Shown: positions 53,098 through 61,733 of the stretch, one piece after another
Position numbering within the stretch: the stretch's first letter is position 1
How the letters are laid out: the number at the start of each line of letters is the position of its first letter
From: Telluribacter sp.
GTDB taxonomy: Bacteria; Bacteroidota; Bacteroidia; Cytophagales; Spirosomataceae
Assembly: GCF_035998675.1 (NCBI RefSeq)
Contig: NZ_DASYHI010000013.1
Coordinates: 215,001-279,000, forward strand
DNA: 64,000 nt
Reading direction: 5' to 3'
Notes under the pieces: model-generated
Told to the model about the DNA's origin: nothing
The model's database searches: none
What the model saw: only the letters and a program-made list of their open reading frames with translations
Program-made: the position numbers and the translations under genes

Positions 53098-53745
53098 ATG
53101 ACAACGCCCGTTCAGGTCTTACTGGTAGATGACCATCAGATTATTTCCGATAGCCTCTCGCTGTTATTCGGAACCATGGAAAACATTGAAGTAGTAGGTA
53201 CCCTTAATGACAGCCGAAAGGTAATGGAGTTTCTGGAACTGAATCAGATAGATGTACTTGTAACGGACCTGAACATGCCTTACCTCAACGGAATAGAACT
53301 GACGGTAAAGGTGCGGGAGTCTTACCCGGATATGAAGGTACTTATGCTTACAGTGAAAGATGAACTGGATGCCATACAGGACGCTTATCGGGCGGGTATA
53401 GCGGGATACGTTATGAAAAAAGCCAACCGGACCGAACTGGAAAATGCCCTGCGTACGGTAGCTTCGGGACAGAAGTACTTCAGTGAGTCGGTGATGCGGG
53501 AGTTGATGATGGGTACCCCCCGGCAGGAAGAAAACGCTGACCACAAGGATTTTGCGCAACTCACCAAACGGGAGCTGGAAATTGTGCGTCTGATTGCTCA
53601 GGAATTTTCCACTACCGAAATTGCCGACCGGCTTTTTATTAGTGTAGGTACCGTCGAAACCCACCGGCACAACATCATGCGAAAACTCGGGGCCAAAAAT
53701 TTCATTGGCATTATCAAGTACGCCATTAAGTATAAGATTCTGTAA
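53098..53745 (+). CDS. NarL/FixJ (LuxR-type HTH) response regulator
   Basis: 215 aa with a receiver domain (VLLVDDHQII, VLVTDLNMPYLNG) and a LuxR HTH (LTKRELEIVRLIAQEFSTTEIADRLFISVGTVETHR). Confidence 0.9.
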   Translation: MTTPVQVLLVDDHQIISDSLSLLFGTMENIEVVGTLNDSRKVMEFLELNQIDVLVTDLNMPYLNGIELTVKVRESYPDMKVLMLTVKDELDAIQDAYRAGIAGYVMKKANRTELENALRTVASGQKYFSESVMRELMMGTPRQEENADHKDFAQLTKRELEIVRLIAQEFSTTEIADRLFISVGTVETHRHNIMRKLGAKNFIGIIKYAIKYKIL

Positions 53746-55585
53746 TAATCGCTTCCTCTACCGGAATCTCCACCCTTACTTTGGTATGGTTGGGCTTACT
53801 TTCTACCTGCCAGGTACCTCTTAGCTGCTCCACCCGGTTCTGAATATTGCGCAAACCGACCCCGTCGACCCGGGAGGTAGTTGCGTTGAAGCCCACGCCG
53901 TCGTCACTGACGGTCAGCACCACTCGGCTGGTCTGGTAGGTGAGGCTAATCCAGGCGTGGCGGGCTTTGGCGTGCTTGATGATGTTATTGACCAGCTCAA
54001 GAACAATGGTGTACAACTGGTACTCCACCGCAATGGCAAGCCGGTTTTCGTTCCCATCAAAAACGAAGTTAAACTCCACCTTATCATTCCCTTTCAGTTT
54101 ACCAATCAGGGTCTGGAGAGCCACCTTCAGCCCCCGGGTTTCCAGTTCTTCGGGTACCAGGTTGTGCGAAATCAGCCGTATATCGCCGTACACATCGTTA
54201 ATCATTTCCAGCACGTCACTTACAATTTTCTGGTCTGAGCTTTGCCATCCCGCGCCGTTCAGGGCTTCCAGACGCCAGCGTACAGCCGCTACCTTAGTAT
54301 TCAGATTATCGTGTAATTCCGAGGCCATACGCTCCCGTTCCATGGTTTGTCCGCGGGTCAGGGCTTCTTCTATTTCCCGGTTCTTGGCCCTCAGTTGTTC
54401 ATTGTTTTTCCGGAGGCGGCGGTTTGTCCGGCTAATATAAACCATACTGGCAATTCCGGACAGAAGCAGAATTATCAGAAAATTCCGGGTTTGGACCAGG
54501 CTTTCATTCTCAAGATTTTTAATCTGGCTTTCGCGTTTTTCGGCGTCGTAACCGGCCTGTAGCTCATTGTACTTGTTCTGTAACTTGTAGCGCTCCATGC
54601 TATCTTCGTGGGCTTTGTGCTCTTCCAGGTACAGGAGCGCGCTCTTGTAGTCGCCCGCTTTTTTGTAGGTACTGTACAGGTTACTCTCCGCCCGCGACTG
54701 CATTTCCTGCCAACCCGACTCCCGGGCGAAATCCAGGCTGGTCCGGCGGTATTCGATGGCTTTGCCGTACTGTCCTTTTTCTTCGTATACATCGGCCAGG
54801 TCGGCGTATATCGCAAATATCACCACCCGGTTATTGTACTTCCGGGCTATCGCCAGCGCTTTCTCACGGTACTCGTTGGCCAGCTTTTCGTTTCCTAATC
54901 TAGCGTAACAGTTAGCCAGACAATGCGGATTATCCGCTTTCAGATTGGGACTGGTGGCCCGGGGCAGGAGCTTTTCAACCTGCTTGTAATAGCTTAGGGC
55001 TTTGCGGTAGTTTTGTACGCCAAAAGAGCTGTAGTAGTTGTAGTCGCCAAAAAAATCCAGAATCCAGCCGAGGTTGTTCGTATTCTGATTTTTTTCGGCC
55101 AATGGGCGAGCTTTTTCCAGGTACTGCAGGCAGCGGTCAGTCAGGCCGTTGTTGTTAAGCACAAAAGCGGCCAATACATAGGTATAGGTCAAATCGTACA
55201 GGTCGCCCCCCGCCTTTTCCAGTTCTTCAATTGCCTGGGTGTAGGCACTGAATGCTTCCGTATATTTACCTTTAACATCAAAGCTTTTACCCAGTGCCCT
55301 CAGGTATAGCCCCCGGGATTTTTTCCACTTTGCCTTAGCGGTAAGCAGCCGAAGAGAATCCAGATAAGCCCCGGCCCGGGGATCGTTCTGGTTGAAAAGC
55401 CGCTCAGTGAGCAGGTTAGTTGTAGCTACCAGCGTAGAGTCGCGTCCGGTGGAAGCCTGCTGCTTAACTATAATTTGCCGACGCGTAATCAGGCTGTCAG
55501 TCGTCAGGTCCTGCGCCTGGACCGTATGAAACGACAGGAGCATCATTATCCAAAACCCAGATTGTTTTGCGATGACCATACGCAC
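53726..55585 (-). CDS. TPR-repeat sensor histidine kinase (HisKA_3/NarX-DesK type)
   Basis: 619 aa with a signal peptide and an extracytoplasmic TPR-like region, one TM helix (FLIILLLSGIASMVYI) and a coiled coil. It has a HisKA_3 H-box (MASELHDNLNTKVAAVRW) and an HATPase_c domain (DDGVGF, GVGLRNI). Confidence 0.85.
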   Translation of the reverse strand: MRMVIAKQSGFWIMMLLSFHTVQAQDLTTDSLITRRQIIVKQQASTGRDSTLVATTNLLTERLFNQNDPRAGAYLDSLRLLTAKAKWKKSRGLYLRALGKSFDVKGKYTEAFSAYTQAIEELEKAGGDLYDLTYTYVLAAFVLNNNGLTDRCLQYLEKARPLAEKNQNTNNLGWILDFFGDYNYYSSFGVQNYRKALSYYKQVEKLLPRATSPNLKADNPHCLANCYARLGNEKLANEYREKALAIARKYNNRVVIFAIYADLADVYEEKGQYGKAIEYRRTSLDFARESGWQEMQSRAESNLYSTYKKAGDYKSALLYLEEHKAHEDSMERYKLQNKYNELQAGYDAEKRESQIKNLENESLVQTRNFLIILLLSGIASMVYISRTNRRLRKNNEQLRAKNREIEEALTRGQTMERERMASELHDNLNTKVAAVRWRLEALNGAGWQSSDQKIVSDVLEMINDVYGDIRLISHNLVPEELETRGLKVALQTLIGKLKGNDKVEFNFVFDGNENRLAIAVEYQLYTIVLELVNNIIKHAKARHAWISLTYQTSRVVLTVSDDGVGFNATTSRVDGVGLRNIQNRVEQLRGTWQVESKPNHTKVRVEIPVEEAIITESYT

Positions 55586-55643
55586 TCAGTTAATAAATTT
55601 CGAAGAACTGACCAATGACTTTTATAAGGAAATATACAAAAAA

Positions 55644-56264
55644 TCAATGTATAAAGAAACTCACCCCTACATTGGCCCGGACCGTGCGGATATCCGGGCG
55701 GTCCTCAAAGCCGGAACCATTTCCCAGAAAGCTGCTGATTTTGCCGTAACTCCCCCCCACCGAAGCATTTAGGGCCAGGTTTTCTGATAAAAAATAACGC
55801 AAACCACCCGAAGCCATAATGGCCGGCCCTTTCATCCGGAACTCAAAGGAGTTACCATTCAAAAACACCGGATTAATCAGCAAATTATGGCTGCTGTACC
55901 CTACTTCCACAAAGGGCCTCAGGCGCTGCAGGGTACCTCCCAGGTTCATACGCAGCCCCGCTCCCAGCGAATTCATACGGTAAACGTCCCATTCCTCGGG
56001 GAGGTTGTGCCGGAAGGAGAAGCCCTCGTAGCTAAGAAAAACTTCAAAGCGCTGATTGAACCCGTACCCGACGCGTAACCCCGCGCCCAGGCCGTTGGGT
56101 TCCAGCTCGTCCAGTTGGTCAAAAAAGCTGGAGGACCAGTGGCAATAGTTGGCAGTACCGCTTAGGCTGATTCCTTCGGTATTGGACCGGATGTCCTGAG
56201 CCTGGATGCCCCAGCCCAACAAGAGCAAAGCAGAAATAGTAGTAATAATAGTAAGGCGTTTCAT
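55644..56264 (-). CDS. Small outer-membrane beta-barrel protein (OmpA-N/porin-like)
   Basis: 206 aa with a signal peptide (LLLLGWGIQAQ). It has an alternating beta-strand pattern with aromatic girdle residues and a C-terminal ...VGVSFFIH. Confidence 0.65.
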   Translation of the reverse strand: MKRLTIITTISALLLLGWGIQAQDIRSNTEGISLSGTANYCHWSSSFFDQLDELEPNGLGAGLRVGYGFNQRFEVFLSYEGFSFRHNLPEEWDVYRMNSLGAGLRMNLGGTLQRLRPFVEVGYSSHNLLINPVFLNGNSFEFRMKGPAIMASGGLRYFLSENLALNASVGGSYGKISSFLGNGSGFEDRPDIRTVRANVGVSFFIH

Positions 56265-56323
56265 GACAGATGGGTAGCTGGTAGATAAGTGGAATGTAGT
56301 ATGGTTAGTAAGAAAGGTCGTAG

Positions 56324-58102
56324 TTACTGCTGTTTAAAAACAAGGCTGGTACGGACTACCCTCAGCCCGTTAACGCGCCGGTTCCGCTGAAATACTACCC
56401 GCTCGCTGTCCTTATCACTGTACTCCGGAAACCGAATAGAAATCCATTGTCCGTTAACCGCTTCCACGGCTTCAAACTGAACCGCCAGGTAAGCCCGCTG
56501 GGAATTGGTAGCCGTTCGCGCGCCCGTAACCCGGCCCCGGACCCGCGCCCCGGCCTCTATAACCGTAGTACCGTTTACGACTACGGGAGCCAGCGTACGC
56601 AACCAAAGTACCCGCCCACCTCCAGTTTCCTGGTCAGAAGTAATGGTTTCCGTAAACTCCACGGGAAAAGACTCATTTCGCAGCTCAACCGCTACGGTGA
56701 GGCTGGTGGATTTCTCCACGGCCCGCCTGGGTTCTTCCGTTTCTACGGGCGTGGGTTCTTTGGCTATGGGTTCCTCTTCTTTGGTGGTAGGAGGTACCTG
56801 CACAGGTGTTTCCGTGGGTTCGGGTTTTTGTTTTTTGGGCTTTGCTTCTTTGTCCCTGGGAGGATTTGCTTTCTTATCAGGAGGGGTGGTGGGTTGATAA
56901 TTGGCCGGTGGTTTTTCATAGACCAGGGCGGTGCGCTCGGCAGGTACTTCATTTGATGGAGCCTTTTCTTCTTCTTCAGTAAAAGTACCCGCCATGTTGC
57001 TGTTCGAGGTACTTTCCTGGGCCGTACCTCCGGTAGCTGGCGGGCTACTCCTGACCCACAAACTGGTACCTGCTATCCCCACGGCAATCAGGAGTGCCCC
57101 CAGCAGAATCAGCCCCTCCAGACTTAGCAATGTTTTTTTCAGGCTGTTCAGGCGCGCTCCGTAGGCAACTTTGGCCGAAGTACCCGCCAGGCGGGTAGGT
57201 TCTATCTGGGGCTTATCGGCCGTACTGGCCGACAACCTGGTACGTGGTGTCCGCACCGGCTCCTGAAACTGATTCCAGTCCAGCGGGCCGGGGGGTACCA
57301 GGGCCACCAGCACCGACCGGAGTTCGGCCGCGTCGGTGTACCGCTGAGCTGGTTTTTTATGGAGCAGTTTTTCAAGTATTTCCTCAATCGCCTTCGGAAG
57401 TCCAGCTATGTGTTCACGAATCGGGATAGCTTTATGCGCCAGTATTTTGTTGATAAGCGTGGAATCCGTTTGGGCGGTAAAGGGCATTTTTCCGGAGAGT
57501 AGCTCGTACAACAAAACACCCACGGCGTATAAATCCGACTGCACCGAAGGCTCCCCCCCATCCAGCAGCTCGGGGGCCAGGTACTCCAGGGTACCCATTA
57601 CCCGGTTGACGCGGGTCATCCGTTCGCTCCCTACCAGCCGGGCTATGCCAAAGTCCATGAGTTTCAGGCTGCCTTCTTTGGTAAGCATGAGGTTGGCCGG
57701 TTTTATATCCCGGTGCAAAATACCTTTGCGATGCGCGTGGTGCAGTCCGTCCAGGGCCTGAACTATAATACGGACGGCGATTTCGACGGAGAAGTGGCCG
57801 TGCCTGCGCAGGAGTTGCTCCAGGGTAGCCCCATCCACAAACTCCATCACCATAAAGTTATCGTTACGATCTTTAATAAAGTTGTAAAGCGTCGCTACAT
57901 TAGGGTGGTTAAGGCGGGCCGACAGGATGGCTTCGTTGCGAAACCGATCAAAAAAAGTAGTATCCCGCAGCAGGTGGGAATGAAGTACCTTCAAAGCCAC
58001 TGGACGCTGCAGTAGGGTATCCGTAGCCCGATAGACCGTACCCATACCCCCTTCGCCCAGCAGCTCTTCCACGCGGTAGTTTTGAATGGCTCGTCCGATC
58101 AT
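56324..58102 (-). CDS. Transmembrane Ser/Thr protein kinase with unknown extracytoplasmic C-terminal domain
   Basis: 592 aa with a Hanks kinase domain (GEGGMGTVY, VALK, HRDIKPANLM, DFGIAR, APE) and one TM helix (LILLGALLIAVGIAGTSLWV). A P/T/E/K-rich linker is followed by a C-terminal domain of about 134 aa with no motif I recognise. Confidence 0.85.
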   Translation of the reverse strand: MIGRAIQNYRVEELLGEGGMGTVYRATDTLLQRPVALKVLHSHLLRDTTFFDRFRNEAILSARLNHPNVATLYNFIKDRNDNFMVMEFVDGATLEQLLRRHGHFSVEIAVRIIVQALDGLHHAHRKGILHRDIKPANLMLTKEGSLKLMDFGIARLVGSERMTRVNRVMGTLEYLAPELLDGGEPSVQSDLYAVGVLLYELLSGKMPFTAQTDSTLINKILAHKAIPIREHIAGLPKAIEEILEKLLHKKPAQRYTDAAELRSVLVALVPPGPLDWNQFQEPVRTPRTRLSASTADKPQIEPTRLAGTSAKVAYGARLNSLKKTLLSLEGLILLGALLIAVGIAGTSLWVRSSPPATGGTAQESTSNSNMAGTFTEEEEKAPSNEVPAERTALVYEKPPANYQPTTPPDKKANPPRDKEAKPKKQKPEPTETPVQVPPTTKEEEPIAKEPTPVETEEPRRAVEKSTSLTVAVELRNESFPVEFTETITSDQETGGGRVLWLRTLAPVVVNGTTVIEAGARVRGRVTGARTATNSQRAYLAVQFEAVEAVNGQWISIRFPEYSDKDSERVVFQRNRRVNGLRVVRTSLVFKQQ

Positions 58103-58968
58103 AGCAGGTCAAGGTTTTCAGTAGGGCGCACCACTGCTGACTCGTCCGGGCTAATACGCTCGATGAGCAGAACCGTGATGTTGTCGTGCCCGCCCCGTAC
58201 CTTGGCCTCCTCAATCATTTGCTGAGCCGACTCGCTCAGCGTTTCCAGGTTGAGCCACGCAGCCAGTTCGTCATCGGTGAGGTAGTCATACAATCCGTCA
58301 CTGCATAACAAGAGCCGGTCTCCCTCCTCAAACAGGTACCCGGGTTTTTCTACGTCAATCTCTACCTTGTTGTGGGTGCCCATGGCGCGGGTCAGGATGT
58401 TCCTTTCGGGATGCGTTTCGGCCTCGGTGGGTTTTATGACTCCATCATTCACCAGGCGCTGTACGTAGGTATGGTCGGTAGTTAGTCGTATCAGTTGTCC
58501 GTTTTTATAGAGGTAGGCGCGGCTGTCGCCCACGTGCGCTACATACAATTGCGTGGCACGAATCACTACGGTGGTGCAGGTAGTACCCATACCCTTCTGG
58601 CGGGAGTTCCGACCTGCTGCCTGCCAGATCAGACGGTTGGCTTTGGCCAGGGCAAAGTAGAGACTTTCCTCGGGACTCTCTTCGCGCTGGTAGTACGTTT
58701 TGGATACCACTTCCGTGGCCATCTGGGAGGCCACTTCCCCGGCCGCGTGACCGCCCATGCCGTCGGCCACAATGGCCAGGTACCCCTTGTTAAGCTGTAC
58801 TTCACGGGTAGCCGGACGAATGAAGCGGGTGGCGTCTTCGTTGTTTGCCCGCACGCAGCCCACATCCGACAGGGCTACCGCCCGTAGTTCATTCAGTACG
58901 GGAGAGGGGTCCTTTTCAGAGGCGTTTGATATCCACTTTTTCCAAAACATAGTTGATAGTTGGTTCAT
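58099..58968 (-). CDS. PP2C-family Ser/Thr protein phosphatase
   Basis: 289 aa with SDVGCVRANNEDA, ADGMGGHAAGEVAS, LCSDGL and GGHDNITV. Its stop overlaps the kinase start by 4 nt. Confidence 0.9.
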   Translation of the reverse strand: MNQLSTMFWKKWISNASEKDPSPVLNELRAVALSDVGCVRANNEDATRFIRPATREVQLNKGYLAIVADGMGGHAAGEVASQMATEVVSKTYYQREESPEESLYFALAKANRLIWQAAGRNSRQKGMGTTCTTVVIRATQLYVAHVGDSRAYLYKNGQLIRLTTDHTYVQRLVNDGVIKPTEAETHPERNILTRAMGTHNKVEIDVEKPGYLFEEGDRLLLCSDGLYDYLTDDELAAWLNLETLSESAQQMIEEAKVRGGHDNITVLLIERISPDESAVVRPTENLDLL

Positions 58969-58976
58969 GTTTGCTT

Positions 58977-59834
58977 TCAGTGAGACCTGGATAGTATCTC
59001 CGAAAGCCAGTTGGACAGCCGTGCCAGCGGTGTTTCGGCCGGGTTCTGCAGTAGTTCCAGCAACTGAGGGGCGCTCATACGGTGCCTGGGGTGGTGCATG
59101 AGCAACTTTTTAATAACTTTCCGGCTGAATTTTGACAGGTCGGGAATCAACAGATCGGGCGCCATGTACTCCCCCCGCTCAATTTTGATCCTGATTTCGG
59201 TTTCAGACCGTCCATCAAAGGGCCGGTAGCCGGTCAGCATCTCGTACAGCAACACACCCAACGACCAGCAGTCCGACTCTTCCCCCACCTGATTATGAAA
59301 CTGCTCCGGTGCCATGGAGTAGGTTGTGCCTATTACGTACCCTTCGCGGGTCAGGCGCGGGGTGTAGGTAGCTTTGGCAATGCCAAAATCCAGCAGTTTG
59401 GCGGTTCCTCCGGAGGTAACTTTGATATTGCAGGATTTCAAATCGCGGTGGATAATCCCTTTTTCGTGCAGGTGCACTACGGCTGAGGTAATCTGCTTTA
59501 AAAGTTGCAGCGCAAATGCTTCGGGCAAACGACGGTGTTTGTGAATCAGCTTTTCCAGGGTTGGACCTTCCACGTACTCCATAATGATACAGGGTAGCCC
59601 GGCCTCAACTACATAGTCGTAGAGCGCGGCAATGTGCGGGTGCTGCGCCGAAGCCTGTATATAAGCTTCGTTCTGAAACCGGGCTGCCTGATCCGTCCGC
59701 GACAGAATCTTGATGGCTGCGGGTTGACGGGAGACACTATGTTCCGCTTTGTAAACTTCCCCCATTCCGCCTGACCCCAACCATTTCGTTAAGGCGTACT
59801 TACCGATGGTTCTGTGTGACAACCCTCCTGGCAT
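58977..59834 (-). CDS. Soluble Ser/Thr protein kinase (kinase domain only)
   Basis: 285 aa with GSGGMGEVY, AIK, HRDLKSCNI, DFGIAK and APE. Confidence 0.85.
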   Translation of the reverse strand: MPGGLSHRTIGKYALTKWLGSGGMGEVYKAEHSVSRQPAAIKILSRTDQAARFQNEAYIQASAQHPHIAALYDYVVEAGLPCIIMEYVEGPTLEKLIHKHRRLPEAFALQLLKQITSAVVHLHEKGIIHRDLKSCNIKVTSGGTAKLLDFGIAKATYTPRLTREGYVIGTTYSMAPEQFHNQVGEESDCWSLGVLLYEMLTGYRPFDGRSETEIRIKIERGEYMAPDLLIPDLSKFSRKVIKKLLMHHPRHRMSAPQLLELLQNPAETPLARLSNWLSEILSRSH

Positions 59835-59845
59835 AGCTCTTAATC

Positions 59846-61522
59846 TTAATTGATTACCCTTTTGCTCCCCATGAGTTCCATGCCGTAGTGAATCGGTACG
59901 GCAAAAGTGATACGGGCTCCTTCGCGGTCGGTGTGGCTGGCGGTAAAAATTCCAATAACGTTGCCGTCCTTGTCAAAAACGGGGCCGCCGCTGTTACCCG
60001 CTCCGGTAGCGCTTACCGTAAGCTGGTAGTAATCACCCATGGTACTGTAGTAGCCCGTGACGCCACTTTCTAGCGAACTCGAACTGGTACCCCGGATGAT
60101 TTTCCCGATACTGCCATCCGTAACGGTAGGGTCGGGCACGGTAACAAGCTGTACATTACGATTGGCAAAGTCATTGGAATTATTAGCCACGATAACATCC
60201 GGTGAAACGCCCGGGTACCCCATTACTACTACCTTTTGCCCGGCTCCTACGTTGGCATCTGCATCCTTCAGCGAAACAGCATCCATTTTGGTAGGAAGGT
60301 CAATCTTAATCATGGCCACGTCGTGCTTATTCGAAATTCGCACTACTTTCCCGGGAGTACGCTGGTCGTTTTTGGCAAAGGTCACTTCCATGTAGGTATT
60401 CACCCCCTCGATGGTCTTGCCCGATATGGGCTTCCGGCCAAAGAAAATGGTTTCGGCAGGTACCCACCGGATGGGGTTATCCACCCTTCCGGTCACTTTC
60501 CATTCGCCGCCTGAATTTTGTAAGAGTAGTCCGGGGAAAGCATCCTGGGGAAACGAGTAGTAAGCGTTCCAGCTGGCAGCCACGTGCCGGTTGGTAAGAA
60601 TAAAGCCGTTTTCGTCCACTATAAAGCCGGAGCCACTGGCGCCCGACACGGCAATGGGCCGTCCGACGGGGGTATCTTTTTTAAGTCCCAGCAGTGGCTC
60701 TACTTTACCGGGCTCTACTTCTATGTACAGAGGTACTTCGGTAATACGGCCGGTTTTGGGGTCTTTCTGCTGGTAGTACTGGTGATATACATCGTCGCCC
60801 GTCGGAGTGTAAATCAGTTTATACCCAAATTCAATAAATACTACTTTATCCAGATTGGCTTTGGCAATAGCTTCCGGGTCAAACGCCTCCGACTTTACCT
60901 GCTGAATAATGGTGGTATCACTTTTAAAAACTGTTGTGGTATTGGAAGAAAACTGATCCTTAAGCGCATAGCCCACTGCTGCCATAATGACGAGTGCTCC
61001 CGCCAGGCTCGCCACAAGGGTACGCTGCGACTTCTTGCGCTCGTGGGTGATAACCCGCTCAAACGTTTGCTTTCCAATGCCCGATTTGTCTGACGCCACG
61101 GTCGTGGCCATACCTTCCGGCACAAACTCTTCGGTCGCTTTGGAAGGCATTTCTACCACCCGGGTTGCGGCCATGAGGTTCTGCGGACGAGGGTCTACAT
61201 CGAAAATAAACACCGGGCCGTTAGTACCTACCTGTACTTCGTCGCCGGGATGCAGCTCTGTCTTTGCATTCACCCGGCTTTTATTCACGAACAATCCGTT
61301 AAGACTCTGGTTATCAACGAGCCAGAAGGTGAAGTTCTCGTCTTTCACAATCTTGCCGTGTACCCGGCTTACCACCGTATCCAGATCCGGATCAAACTGA
61401 ATATCATTGGTCGTGGCCCGACCCAGCGTTAGTTCATTGTGCTTCTGGTAATCAAATTCTTCGATCTGATTAGCTTTCGCCCCGCTCAGGTGACGAATCA
61501 CAAAGGTTTTGATGGTAGTCAT
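59846..61522 (-). CDS. FHA domain - TM - trypsin-like (S1/HtrA-type) serine protease fusion protein
   Basis: ATG at 61522 (MTTIKTFVIRH...); the longer ORF to 61765 would overlap the ABC gene. It has an FHA signature (LTLGR...SRVHGKI...SLNGLFVN) and a TM helix (LVASLAGALVIMAAVGYAL). The protease triad contexts are LTNRHVA, HDVAMIKI and GNSGGPVF. Confidence 0.8.
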   Translation of the reverse strand: MTTIKTFVIRHLSGAKANQIEEFDYQKHNELTLGRATTNDIQFDPDLDTVVSRVHGKIVKDENFTFWLVDNQSLNGLFVNKSRVNAKTELHPGDEVQVGTNGPVFIFDVDPRPQNLMAATRVVEMPSKATEEFVPEGMATTVASDKSGIGKQTFERVITHERKKSQRTLVASLAGALVIMAAVGYALKDQFSSNTTTVFKSDTTIIQQVKSEAFDPEAIAKANLDKVVFIEFGYKLIYTPTGDDVYHQYYQQKDPKTGRITEVPLYIEVEPGKVEPLLGLKKDTPVGRPIAVSGASGSGFIVDENGFILTNRHVAASWNAYYSFPQDAFPGLLLQNSGGEWKVTGRVDNPIRWVPAETIFFGRKPISGKTIEGVNTYMEVTFAKNDQRTPGKVVRISNKHDVAMIKIDLPTKMDAVSLKDADANVGAGQKVVVMGYPGVSPDVIVANNSNDFANRNVQLVTVPDPTVTDGSIGKIIRGTSSSSLESGVTGYYSTMGDYYQLTVSATGAGNSGGPVFDKDGNVIGIFTASHTDREGARITFAVPIHYGMELMGSKRVIN

Positions 61523-61733
61523 GGTAGTTGGGTTTTTTAGAATAGTTAGTTCAGTAGTTTTAATTTTTCCAGGCCGAAGGCATGGTACAAAGTTCATCAT
61601 TCGCGTAGCCCGCCACCATCCCGAAACACCTACATTTCCTCTAGTGGAAGACCTGTAATTCAACCGTATAGGTTTTCCTGTAGTAGGGTGGCTGAAGTAC
61701 CTGGCGGGTAGTACTTTCAGGAGGCCGTACGGG

